From an uncultured Pseudomonadota bacterium (GTDB lineage Bacteria > Myxococcota_A > UBA796 > SXON01), in contig CAIXRH010000045.1 in assembly GCA_903921785.1 (NCBI GenBank), forward strand, positions 4,366 to 68,365: DNA of 64,000 nt, in the 5' to 3' direction. Below the pieces are notes generated by a model. It was not told the origin of the DNA. It saw only the letters and a program-made list of their open reading frames with translations, and made no database searches. This document shows, piece after piece, positions 55,858-64,000 of the stretch. Numbering within the stretch: position 1 is the first letter of the stretch; each line of letters begins with the position of its first letter. Both the position numbers and the translations under genes were made by a program.

Positions 55858-57522
55858 ATGTTGGAGCGATTCAAGCGCGCCGTGATCGCGAGTGTGGGCC
55901 GCGGCGCCGGTCTGGCTGCGGGAGCCGCATCCGTCGCGGTCCTCAGCCTGGGGATTCTCTTCTGCCTCACGACGCTTGGCGCCGAGTGGCTGGCGGCAGC
56001 CCTCGAAAACGAACAACGCCAGCAGTGGTCGGAGGTGCTCGCCTGTCTGGCCTCGCCCTCCCCGGTCTTGTTCGCGGCGCCCGTCCTCTTGCTGGGTCCT
56101 TCCGCCTCGCTGTGCGTACTCGCGTCGATGAACGAGTCCCGCCGCTCCCGGATCGACCAGTTGCTGCGGCAGGCCGCCGGGGGCGGGCAAGACGCGGACG
56201 AAGGAAGCAACGTTCTCCGCCTCGCCGCGAACAACACCCGGAACCAGCTCCTGGTGGCGGCGGCGGCGGTGTTCATGAACTGCGCGATCGGGTTCATGCT
56301 CCTGGAGCTGCAGCAGGGAACTCGGGTTTTCGACTCCCTGAAGGTCCCGCAGGACGTGTGGAGGCTCGCCGCGATGTCGTTCATCGGAGGCTGGTTCTTC
56401 GCGATGGGGAGGTTGCTCCGCCGCATCGTCGAGCGGGACCCGACCTCCGCCGCCGGCTGGACCGTCCTCCGCGGGATCACCGTCGCGCCGCTGCTGGGCG
56501 CGCTCGTCCACTTCATGCCGACCAGTGAGGGCTCCCAGACACCGGAGATCGTCGCGTTCCTCGTGGGCGCGTTCCCGACCATGGCCGACCGGTTCATCGT
56601 CCAGTTCGCGCGACAGTCGTTCAAGGATGAACGGAACTCCACCGCGCTGCGACCGCTGGCGAACCTCGCCGGAATGACCCTCGAGTGTGCGGAGCGGCTG
56701 GGGGAGGAGGGCATCTACGACGCCCATCATCTCGCGAACTCCAACCCACAGACCCTGATGCTGCGGACGCCGTTCGGCTTGCGTCGCCTCCTGGACTGGA
56801 TGGACGAGGCGCTGCTCTACCGGTACCTGCAGGACGCCGCCTTCACCCGACGCGCCGAAGCGGGGATCACCGGCTCGCTCGACCTGGTCGCCCGGTGGCG
56901 CGGCGCGACGCCCGACGACGCCGACAACGAGGCCACCGGCTTCGGCATGCTGGCGGAGACCCTCGGCGTGGACGGCGTGACCCTCTGGTGGATCTGCCAT
57001 CACATCAGCAGTGACGCCCAGTACACGGTGCTCGCCGGGCTGTACAACGCCGAACGCGCGGATGACCCGCCCGGGCTCCTGAAGCGTGGCGAATACGCCG
57101 ACGCCGAAGCGGCATACGAGCGCGCGCGAAACGTCGCGGACTTCGGTCGTTGGGAGGCGCGGTGGCGAATGCCGGGCGGTGAGGAGGCGCCGCTCGCGCT
57201 GGACCTCGCCCGCACCCGCCCCCACGCGTGGCGAAAGCTGGCGGCGCACAAGGTGGAGAACCACGAGATCGACGCGGCGGTGGCCATCCTCGACGCGTAC
57301 CTGGAAGCCTACCCGGATTCCCCCGATGCCGACGAGGCGTGGGCGCTGCTCCACCCTGCAGGGGCGGCCGCGGTCATCCGGGCGTGGCTCGCGCTCATCC
57401 AGCGGCGCCCCGGGGCCAGGGCCCGACTGGCGGCGCTGCCCGAACAAGCCGAGAGGTTCCCGAAGCCCGTCGACGGGACAGCCCACGAAGCGGCGGTCGC
57501 CGAGCTGAGCGCGGCCCTGTAG
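55858..57522 (+). CDS. hypothetical polytopic membrane protein with helical soluble C-terminal half
   Basis: The ATG at 55858 lies within track ORF 55624..57522. The first 260 aa or so hold several TM helices. A helix-hairpin-helix-like segment follows (GMTLECAERLGEEGIYDAHHLANSNPQTL), then a TPR-like helical tail. I recognise no family. Confidence 0.65.
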   Translation: MLERFKRAVIASVGRGAGLAAGAASVAVLSLGILFCLTTLGAEWLAAALENEQRQQWSEVLACLASPSPVLFAAPVLLLGPSASLCVLASMNESRRSRIDQLLRQAAGGGQDADEGSNVLRLAANNTRNQLLVAAAAVFMNCAIGFMLLELQQGTRVFDSLKVPQDVWRLAAMSFIGGWFFAMGRLLRRIVERDPTSAAGWTVLRGITVAPLLGALVHFMPTSEGSQTPEIVAFLVGAFPTMADRFIVQFARQSFKDERNSTALRPLANLAGMTLECAERLGEEGIYDAHHLANSNPQTLMLRTPFGLRRLLDWMDEALLYRYLQDAAFTRRAEAGITGSLDLVARWRGATPDDADNEATGFGMLAETLGVDGVTLWWICHHISSDAQYTVLAGLYNAERADDPPGLLKRGEYADAEAAYERARNVADFGRWEARWRMPGGEEAPLALDLARTRPHAWRKLAAHKVENHEIDAAVAILDAYLEAYPDSPDADEAWALLHPAGAAAVIRAWLALIQRRPGARARLAALPEQAERFPKPVDGTAHEAAVAELSAAL

Positions 57523-57543
57523 CCGCCAGTGGCCGCCTGGCGG

Positions 57544-57611
57544 CGCGCCGACGCTGGTCCTGGCTCGCGACGATGGAGGAGGGCCGGGAGGGGGAACTAC
57601 CTTGAATCCCC
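57544..57611 (+). repeat. repeat family B, copy 4
   Basis: GCGCGCCGACGCTGGTCCTGGCTCGCGACGATGGAGGAGGGCCGGGAGGGGGAACTACCTTGAATCCCC. It lies between two convergent stop codons (57522 and 57611). Confidence 0.75.
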
Positions 57612-58534
57612 TATGGACCGCTGGGTCGCCCCAACGCGCCCGCCAGCGCGTCTATCTGCGCCTGCACGAACGCGCGGCTCACCGGCGCGTCCGGCGCCAC
57701 GGTCTCGAAGCCGTGGAAGGCGCCGGGCACCACCTCGACCACGACCGAAACACCTGCTTCGCGCAACCGCTCGGCGTAGGCGAGGTCCTCGTCGTGGAAC
57801 AGGTCGTTGGTGCCGACGCCGATCCACGCGGGGGGCAGGCCGCGCATGTCGGAGCGCCGCGCGGGAACCGTGTAGTCCGGGACGGACTCGGCGCCGGGCG
57901 GGCAGCCGAGGTAAGCGGTCCAGCCAAGGCGGTTGCTGGCGGGGCTCCACACGCGCACATCGCGGTCACCGGTGTCGCGGAGCACGGTGCGGTCGTCGAG
58001 CATCGGGTAGATGAGGAGCTGAAAGACGGGCGCGGGAAGCTCGGAATCGCGGACCCGCTGCGCGAGAGCGGCGGCGAGTCCCCCACCGGCGCTCTGCCCG
58101 GCGAGCGCGACACGCGTGGGATCAATCCCCAGGACGGCGGCTTCGTGATGGAGCAGTACAAAGGCGGCGAAGCAGTCGTCGAGCGGCGCGGGGAAGGGCG
58201 CCTCCGGGGCGAGGCGGTAGTCCACGGAGATCACCACGGCGCCGAGCTCCGTCGCGAGGCGTCCGCAGAAGGCGTCGTCCTGTCGCGCATGGCCGATCAC
58301 GTAGCCGCCGCCGTGGATCCACACGACCGCCGGCCGCGGCGCCGAGTGCTCCGCCGGGCTGAGGACGCGTACCCGGGCGCCGGAGGGCAGCGCCCGTTCG
58401 TTGACGGTCACGCCGGGCGGGAGCTTTCCCCCTGGGGAAGGGAGAAGCCGCATCAGCTTCACCGTCCAGGAATTCACGAGGGTGCGCGGGAGCCAGCGGG
58501 CAGCGGCGCGGAGATCGGGGTGGAACGGGGGCAT
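57611..58534 (-). CDS. alpha/beta-hydrolase fold-3 esterase/lipase (hormone-sensitive-lipase family)
   Basis: Track ORF trimmed to the ATG at 58534. It has the HGGG oxyanion motif (VVWIHGGGYVIG), the nucleophile GQSAGG, and C-terminal DxxxD...HGF. Confidence 0.85.
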   Translation of the reverse strand: MPPFHPDLRAAARWLPRTLVNSWTVKLMRLLPSPGGKLPPGVTVNERALPSGARVRVLSPAEHSAPRPAVVWIHGGGYVIGHARQDDAFCGRLATELGAVVISVDYRLAPEAPFPAPLDDCFAAFVLLHHEAAVLGIDPTRVALAGQSAGGGLAAALAQRVRDSELPAPVFQLLIYPMLDDRTVLRDTGDRDVRVWSPASNRLGWTAYLGCPPGAESVPDYTVPARRSDMRGLPPAWIGVGTNDLFHDEDLAYAERLREAGVSVVVEVVPGAFHGFETVAPDAPVSRAFVQAQIDALAGALGRPSGP

Positions 58535-58560
58535 GGCGTGAAGCAGGCTTAGCCGGTGAA

Positions 58561-58746
58561 ACGGTCTGACCCTGATGAAGATCGTTCGCTCGTCGCGGCG
58601 GCGCTGAGCGAGTCCGTGCAGCAAGCATCGGCGGGCTTCCCGGCGTAGCGCGAAAACCTTGTCCTCGTTCGCCGACGGTTCAGAGTGAGGTGACGGGCCC
58701 GGAAGTGGGCCATGCGTGTGACGTCACGGGCGAACCGGGCGAGCGG
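58561..58746 (+). repeat. repeat family A, copy 3 (short form, 5' part only)
   Basis: It aligns with 7528-7704 and includes GAGCGAGTCCGTGCAGCAAGCA and GTGACGTCACGGGCGAACCGG. Similarity stops where the long copies continue. It lies in the divergent esterase/P450 intergenic region. Confidence 0.8.
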
Positions 58747-58831
58747 AAATCAGGGGCAGACCGTACGAGGCATCCGGCGCACGGCCACGCCGCCCCTCCC
58801 CCGAATTAGGGCCCCCCCCACGAGAGGACCC

Positions 58832-60160
58832 ATGGACCTGGTGTCGACGAAGGCGCAGCTGCGCGAGGGCATGCCCGTGGCGGGCGGGCGGTGGCCGGTG
58901 CTCGGGCACATGCCCACGGTGCTTCGCCGGTTGACGGCGTTTCACCTGGAAGCCCGCGAGCGGTACGGCGCGCTCTACTGGATGGACGCGGGCTTCGGCA
59001 ACTTCCAGCTCATGTACTCGAGCGCCGAGGCCGTCGCGCTGTTTCGCTCCAAGGCGGCCGACTCCTCCTACATGCGCAATGTCGCCGGCGATCTCCTCGG
59101 GGAATCCCTGATCGTGATGGACGGCGCGCCGCACACCAAGGTGCGCAACACGCTCAACCCCTCGTTCAGCCCGAAGGGGCTCTCCACCGCCAATATCGGC
59201 GAGATCGTGGGCCGGGTGATGACCCGCCACGTGGGGCCGTGGGCGGGCGAGTCCGAGGTCTCGATCGTCCCGGCCACCCGGGAGATCGCGCTCGACATCA
59301 TCTTCCAGATGATCGGCATCCCCGCGACGGACCTCTCCGCCTGGCGCAAAGCCTACGAAGAGTTCCTCTTCACCGCGATCAACCTCCCCATCGACCTCCC
59401 CGGGTTCCCCAAGTGGCGCGGGCGCAAGGCGAGCCGGTGGCTCCAGGCGCGCCTCGGCGAGCTGGTGCGGCAGGCGCGCACGAAGGACACGGCGGAGGGG
59501 CTCCTCGAACGCATGGCGCAGGCGCGCGACGCAGACGGCGAGCTCGTAGAAGAAGGCCAGCTCATCGACAACCTCCGCCTCCTCGCCCTCGCCGGCCACG
59601 AGACGACGGCCTCCACCATGGCGTGGATGGCGATCCACCTCGCCCAGGAGCCGAAGTGGTGGGAGGCGCTGGTGGAGGAGGCCACGCGCAACGGTCAGCC
59701 GCCGCAGAGCCCCATGGAGCTGCGAAACTTCCCTGTCGCGGAGTCGATCTTCCGTGAGGCGCTGCGCCTGCATCCCCCCGTGGCCGCGGACGCCCGGGTG
59801 GTGATCGGCGACCTCGAGCTCGAGGGCCACTCGATCCCGAAAGGCACCATCGTCGGCATCCCCATCGTCGCGATGCTTCGGGACCCAGACGCGTTCCCCG
59901 ACCCCCACACCTTCCGCCCCGAACGATGGCACGGAAAGGACCGGCAGACCCCGCTGGAGACCATCGCGTTCGGCAGCGGTCCGCACTTCTGCCTGGGGTA
60001 CCACGTGGCGTGGATGGAGTCGGTGTGCTTCGGGGCGCAGCTCGCGCTCACGCTGGGGAAGGCGGGCAAACGCCTGAAGGCGCCGGCGAAGGTGCCGGAG
60101 CGCTACGTGCCGTTCATCCAGCCCAGCCCGAAGATCGTGCTTGAGGTGGTCGGAGCCTGA
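58832..60160 (+). CDS. cytochrome P450 monooxygenase
   Basis: The ATG at 58832 lies within track ORF 58712..60160. It has the I-helix AGHETTAS, ExxR (ESIFREALRL) and the heme-binding loop FGSGPHFCLG. Confidence 0.9.
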   Translation: MDLVSTKAQLREGMPVAGGRWPVLGHMPTVLRRLTAFHLEARERYGALYWMDAGFGNFQLMYSSAEAVALFRSKAADSSYMRNVAGDLLGESLIVMDGAPHTKVRNTLNPSFSPKGLSTANIGEIVGRVMTRHVGPWAGESEVSIVPATREIALDIIFQMIGIPATDLSAWRKAYEEFLFTAINLPIDLPGFPKWRGRKASRWLQARLGELVRQARTKDTAEGLLERMAQARDADGELVEEGQLIDNLRLLALAGHETTASTMAWMAIHLAQEPKWWEALVEEATRNGQPPQSPMELRNFPVAESIFREALRLHPPVAADARVVIGDLELEGHSIPKGTIVGIPIVAMLRDPDAFPDPHTFRPERWHGKDRQTPLETIAFGSGPHFCLGYHVAWMESVCFGAQLALTLGKAGKRLKAPAKVPERYVPFIQPSPKIVLEVVGA

Positions 60161-60206
60161 GGGAAACCGCCGACGGTGGCTACCGGGCGCTCCCCGCGCG
60201 TGGACC

Positions 60207-60289
60207 GGCGCCGACGCCGGTCATGGCTGGCCCACTTCGGGCGCGCTCGGGTGGAGAAGGGCCGGGAGAGGGAACTACCTTGAATCCCC
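60207..60289 (+). repeat. repeat family B, copy 5 (with about 20-nt internal insertion)
   Basis: GGCGCCGACGCCGGTCATGGCTGG...GGTGGAGAAGGGCCGGGAGAGGGAACTACCTTGAATCCCC. It contains the TAG stop (60277-60275, minus strand) of the GH25 gene. Confidence 0.7.
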
Positions 60290-61765
60290 GATTGAGGAGC
60301 GAGCGGACCCGCGCGACCGGGACGTCTCGCCCCGGCGCCGCCGCAGCACCGCCCCGGCCATCGCCACCGAAGCCGCCCACAGGGCGCCGACGCCGCCCGG
60401 CTCTCCGCCGACCGCGCACGCACAGCCCCCCTCGGGGGAAACCACGCTCGCGTGCCCTTCGCACGCGGACCACTCCGACCAGTCGCAGGTGTCGCAGGTG
60501 CGGGTTCGGACGGTGCCGTCGGAGCAGTCCTGCTCTTCGCTGTCGCCGTCGGTGCACTCACACTCCCCGTCGTCCGCGAGGGTGAAGCGGAGGGCGTCGA
60601 TCACCACGGTGGCGCCGGCGTTCGCGGCGTTGTCGTAGGCGTCGCCGAGGACGACGGCCTGGGTTCCGGCGGTGGCGAAGTGGAACGCGCCCACGTAGGC
60701 CCAGCCCTCCGACACGGCGGACTGGTCCACCGGGGCAACGTCCGTGACCCCGTCGTGGGTCACGGTGACGACGGCGCCGGCGGACAGGCCGCCGAGGGCG
60801 GGAACGTACACCGACACGTCGTAGGTACCGGCGCGTTCGAAGCGCAGCGGCCAGCTCACCGAGTCGTCCACGGACGGGGCCGCCATGTCGGCGCTCACGG
60901 TGTAGGCGTGGCCGCCATGGCCGCTCGTCGTCGCGAGCTGCCCGGCCGCACAGGCGCAGGTGGCGTCCTCCTCTACGACGCTCTCCCCTTCCCGCGCGAT
61001 CGTGCAGGTGCCGCTGCAGTCCGGCGCCGGGTGGTAGGCAAACGCGTCGAGCGCGGCGGCGTCCCCGTTGAACACGTCGAGATCGACGCCGGTGCTGATC
61101 CCGCCGACCGAGCCGGTCGAGCTGTGCTGCCAGAACGTCCAGTCGCTCCAGGGGTTCGGGACGAGCGGACAATCCACCTCCCAGTTGGCGGTCCACAGCG
61201 GGCTGTCGGTGAAGTCGGCGTCGCCGGTGAGGTCGGTCCAGCCGTACGCGCCGGTGTAGATCATCGGGGTGCGGCCGGTGGCGGCGGAGACCACGTCCAT
61301 CCAGGTGGCGATGTTCGCGTTCATCTGGGAGACGGGGATGCCCTCGTTGTCGCCGCCCTCCACGTCGAGCGTGGGCGGAAGATCGCCGTCTTGCAGCTCG
61401 CCCATCTCGTCGAGGAGGAGCTGGGCCTGGGCCGTGGGATCGTCGCTGCCCGAGAAGTACTGGTACACGCCGCGACGCACCCCGTGCGCCTTCGAGCCGG
61501 ACCAATTCTCCTGGAAGCGGCTGTCGTAGGTGCCAAGCCCGTGCGAGACGCGCATGATCGCGAACGCCACGCCATCGTTCGCCACGCCACCCCAGTCGAT
61601 GCTCGACTGCCAGTAGGACACGTCGATCCCGGGGACGGTGGCGCCGTCCGCGCAGGGGCTGGCGTACTTGGCGGCGAAGAGGTCGTCGGCGCCGGGGCGG
61701 AGCGACACGGCTCCGTCCGGGTGCTCCGGGACACATCCGGCGAGGAGGAAGACGAGGACGCGCAC
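60275..61765 (-). CDS. GH25 muramidase (lysozyme) lipoprotein with Cys-rich C-terminal region and MYXO-CTERM-like tail
   Basis: The GTG start gives MRVLVFLLAGC (lipobox). The GH25 blocks are GIDVSYWQ, FAIMRVSHG, LPPTLDVE and FWQHSS. The C-terminus reads GGCACAVGGEPGGVGALWAASVAMAGAVLRRRR, i.e. Gly/Cys, a hydrophobic stretch and an Arg cluster, followed by 18 extra codons. Confidence 0.85.
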   Translation of the reverse strand: MRVLVFLLAGCVPEHPDGAVSLRPGADDLFAAKYASPCADGATVPGIDVSYWQSSIDWGGVANDGVAFAIMRVSHGLGTYDSRFQENWSGSKAHGVRRGVYQYFSGSDDPTAQAQLLLDEMGELQDGDLPPTLDVEGGDNEGIPVSQMNANIATWMDVVSAATGRTPMIYTGAYGWTDLTGDADFTDSPLWTANWEVDCPLVPNPWSDWTFWQHSSTGSVGGISTGVDLDVFNGDAAALDAFAYHPAPDCSGTCTIAREGESVVEEDATCACAAGQLATTSGHGGHAYTVSADMAAPSVDDSVSWPLRFERAGTYDVSVYVPALGGLSAGAVVTVTHDGVTDVAPVDQSAVSEGWAYVGAFHFATAGTQAVVLGDAYDNAANAGATVVIDALRFTLADDGECECTDGDSEEQDCSDGTVRTRTCDTCDWSEWSACEGHASVVSPEGGCACAVGGEPGGVGALWAASVAMAGAVLRRRRGETSRSRGSARSSIGDSR

Positions 61766-61824
61766 GGCGGCGAGCTAACCGGCGCCCCGCGGGTCGGCGC
61801 GCGCGCGAGTTACCTTCCCGTCAC

Positions 61825-62649
61825 ATGGACATCATCCATTCCGTAGACACGATGCACGCCCTCGCGCTGGGCTGGCGGGCGCGCGGCAAGAAGGTCGGCT
61901 TCGTGCCCACGATGGGGTACCTCCACCGCGGCCACACCACGCTCATCGAGCTGATGCGCCGCCGTTGCGAGATCCTCGTGGTGAGCATCTACGTCAACCC
62001 GCTCCAGTTCGCCCCTACCGAGGACCTCACCCGCTACCCGCGGGACCCCGAGGGCGACGCGCGCAAGTGCGAGGCTGCCGGCGCCGACATCCTCTTCATG
62101 CCGGAGAACCTGTATCCTCCGGACTTCCGCACCACCGTGAACATCGCTCATCTCACGACGCGGTGGGAAGGTGCCGCGCGGCCCACGCACTTCCAGGGCG
62201 TGGCCACGGTCGTGTGCCGCCTCTTCGGGCTGGTGCAGCCCACGGTGGCGATGTTCGGCGAGAAAGACTTCCAGCAGTTCACCGTGCTCAAGTCCATGGC
62301 GCGGGACCTCGCGATGGGCATCGAGATCGTCCCCGGGCCGCTGGTGCGCGACCACGACGGACTCGCCCTCTCCAGCCGAAACGTGTACCTGAGCCCCGAG
62401 CAGCGGCAGCGGGCGTTGTCCCTGCACCGCGCCCTGTTCGCGATGCGCGACAGCCCCTCCCGCTCCGGCGCCGAGCGCGTCGCGCTCGGCCGCGGCATGG
62501 TCGATTGCGACGAGCTGGACTACCTCCAGATCGTCGACCCCGACACGTTGGATCCCGTGGAAGTCGTGGACCGCCCCCTGCGCGCCATCGCCACCGCCCG
62601 CTTCGGGCGCACCCGCCTGCTCGACAACGTGGCGTTGGGGCCGGCGTGA
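61825..62649 (+). CDS. panC: pantoate--beta-alanine ligase
   Basis: Contains VPTMGYLHRGH, VSIYVNPLQF, HFQGVATVV, MFGEKDFQQ and SSRN. Confidence 0.9.
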   Translation: MDIIHSVDTMHALALGWRARGKKVGFVPTMGYLHRGHTTLIELMRRRCEILVVSIYVNPLQFAPTEDLTRYPRDPEGDARKCEAAGADILFMPENLYPPDFRTTVNIAHLTTRWEGAARPTHFQGVATVVCRLFGLVQPTVAMFGEKDFQQFTVLKSMARDLAMGIEIVPGPLVRDHDGLALSSRNVYLSPEQRQRALSLHRALFAMRDSPSRSGAERVALGRGMVDCDELDYLQIVDPDTLDPVEVVDRPLRAIATARFGRTRLLDNVALGPA

Positions 62650-62900
62650 GCGCTCCCCCCTGGGACTTCGGCCTCCTGGTGATGGTGCTCCTCGCCAACC
62701 GCACCATCGTGCCGTCGCTCAAGGCCGCACCGATGTTCTGGGCGTTCCAGGCGGTCACCGTCGCCACGGCGGGCTGGTTCATCTGGAACGGGATCGACGG
62801 CCTGGACCGCGTGCCCATCGCGAAGTGGGTGGTCGCGGGGCTGCTGGTGTTTCACGCCGTGCAGAACTTCGTCGACCGCCAGGGCGGGAGGAAGATCTGA
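62646..62900 (+). CDS. small hypothetical membrane protein (84 aa)
   Basis: The GTG at 62646 overlaps the panC stop (GTGA), inside track ORF 61965..62900. It has three hydrophobic segments (FGLLVMVLLA, MFWAFQAVTVATAGWFIW, VVAGLLVFHAV). Confidence 0.5.
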   Translation: MSAPPWDFGLLVMVLLANRTIVPSLKAAPMFWAFQAVTVATAGWFIWNGIDGLDRVPIAKWVVAGLLVFHAVQNFVDRQGGRKI

Positions 62901-63493
62901 TGCTCCTCTTGCTGCAGCTCGCGTTCGCAGAGCCGGCCTCGGAGGTGGATGTCCCCGCCAGCGTCCCGCCCACGGTGGCGCCGGAGACCGTGCCGGCGAG
63001 CCCCCCGCCCGCCGACGCCGTCCCCGGCAACCTCACCGTGCCGTCCGCCGCGAACAACCCGCTCACGATGAAGATCGCCGGCATCCAGGAGGTCCCCGCG
63101 GAGTTCCGCATCGGCCCTGGACCGAAGACCGAGCGCCGCTACCAGGTGGTCGATCGCACGGGGCCGCTGTCCGTCACCGAGATCGCGGCCCGGCTCGGCG
63201 ACACGTCGGTCCAGGCGAAGCGGAAGAAGGAGGTCACCGTGGGCGCCGTCATCGGCAGCATCGGCCTCGCCACCGCCGCGTCCATGCTCGCCGCCCACTC
63301 CGTCGAGAGCATCAACAGCGATCCGGTCGCCGAGCCGGTCACCGCGATCACCGGGGTGCTCGGCTTCGTGGTCGGGGTCGGGGCGTTCGGGAGCGTGCTC
63401 CAGGCCGACCATCGGCCCTGGGCGTATTGGTCGCCGGAAGAGCTCCAGCCGAAGGTCGACGCCGCGAACGCGAAGCTGCCGCCCGTTCAGTAG
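62900..63493 (+). CDS. hypothetical membrane protein
   Basis: The ATG at 62900 shares 1 nt with the upstream stop. It has a signal-like MLLLLQLAFA, a Pro-rich segment and two TM helices (VGAVIGSIGLATAASMLAA, ITGVLGFVVGVGAFGSVL). Confidence 0.55.
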   Translation: MLLLLQLAFAEPASEVDVPASVPPTVAPETVPASPPPADAVPGNLTVPSAANNPLTMKIAGIQEVPAEFRIGPGPKTERRYQVVDRTGPLSVTEIAARLGDTSVQAKRKKEVTVGAVIGSIGLATAASMLAAHSVESINSDPVAEPVTAITGVLGFVVGVGAFGSVLQADHRPWAYWSPEELQPKVDAANAKLPPVQ

Positions 63494-63542
63494 CGCTCCG
63501 AGCCCGAGGGGGCGCTGCGCACCGGCCGCCCGGGCTGGCCGC

Positions 63543-64000
63543 TCAGAACCGCGCCCCAACCTCCGCCCGCATGCCGGTGACCACGCCCATGGAGTGCAGG
63601 TCGGCGCGGGCGATGAGGTGCGGGCCTTCGTACTGCCATCCGACGCCGGGGGCCGCGCTGAACGTGCCCACCCGGAGGCTGTGTCCGTGGCCCATGGCGA
63701 ACGCCACGTGGGCCTCGGTGAACAACCACGGCAGGAAGATCGGGGTCTCTTCTCCCGGGTCGTTGACCACGAACAGGGGAACGCTCACATCGAGCGCCAC
63801 CTTCGGCCAGGTGGCGGCCAGGGTGAAGCCGCCGCCGAAGAGCCCGTCCATCCCGCTGAAGTCCGACCACGCGTGCCCGGCCACGCCGAGGTAGCCGCCG
63901 AGGCGGACGACCTTGGACACCGCCCCCGACGCGCTCACCGCTCCGGTGCCGATGACCTCGCCGTCCGTCGAGTAGCCGAGGTTCGTCTCCAGCCGTACAT
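63543..64000 (-). CDS. putative outer-membrane beta-barrel protein, C-terminal fragment (gene continues past the right window edge)
   Basis: Track ORF 63543..63938 stays open in frame up to position 64000 (my translation: ...RLETNLGYSTDGEVIGTGAVSASGA...). It has an amphipathic strand pattern and ends ...GMRAEVGARF. Confidence 0.6.
   Translation of the reverse strand, partial: VRLETNLGYSTDGEVIGTGAVSASGAVSKVVRLGGYLGVAGHAWSDFSGMDGLFGGGFTLAATWPKVALDVSVPLFVVNDPGEETPIFLPWLFTEAHVAFAMGHGHSLRVGTFSAAPGVGWQYEGPHLIARADLHSMGVVTGMRAEVGARF

Overview
Very GC-rich bacterial chromosomal DNA (roughly 70% G+C by eye, not computed). The gene content suggests a myxobacterium: two Hanks-type Ser/Thr kinases, a MYXO-CTERM-like sorting tail, Asp/Thr-rich lipoprotein linkers and many lipoprotein plus beta-barrel pairs. 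This is an inference. The GC bias fills the six-frame track with long spurious ORFs. I accept 56 protein genes, two of them cut by the window edges, mostly by recognising family motifs in the translations. No search tools were available. I see no rRNA, tRNA, CRISPR array, transposase, integrase or phage gene. Main blocks, left to right: (1) housekeeping and envelope genes (M28 peptidase, ychJ, radical SAM, rsgA); (2) a SelW/Rdx-type selenoprotein gene that the ORF track misses because of an in-frame TGA; (3) folE2 fused to an HTH domain, then a receptor-like Ser/Thr kinase with an iron-sulfur flavoprotein, and murJ; (4) a complete chemosensory cluster, cheW-cheR-cheD-HDOD-cheY-cheX-cheB, a terminator, then mcp-cheA; (5) aat, pip, an amidohydrolase and SulP and POT transporters; (6) a four-gene translationally coupled envelope-modification operon (sulfatase-like enzyme, LpxL-like acyltransferase, alkaline-phosphatase-family enzyme, GT4); (7) a PEGA-domain kinase, a KirBac-type K+ channel and a 5'-nucleotidase; (8) a CbbQ/NorQ-type AAA+ ATPase with a CbbO/NorD-type VWA partner, divergent from a tandemly duplicated two-gene module (inner-membrane Ig-like protein plus beta-barrel); (9) an esterase/P450 divergent pair, a GH25 muramidase and panC. 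The most interesting non-genic signals are three families of intergenic repeats and a 20-bp palindrome. Repeat A is about 190-320 nt, internally palindromic, 3 copies. Repeat B is about 60-85 nt, G-rich, 5 copies, always just after a stop codon. Repeat C is about 90 nt, 2 copies. The palindrome sits at the same distance upstream of both chemotaxis transcription units. All functional calls are motif-level recognition and need HMM or BLAST confirmation.
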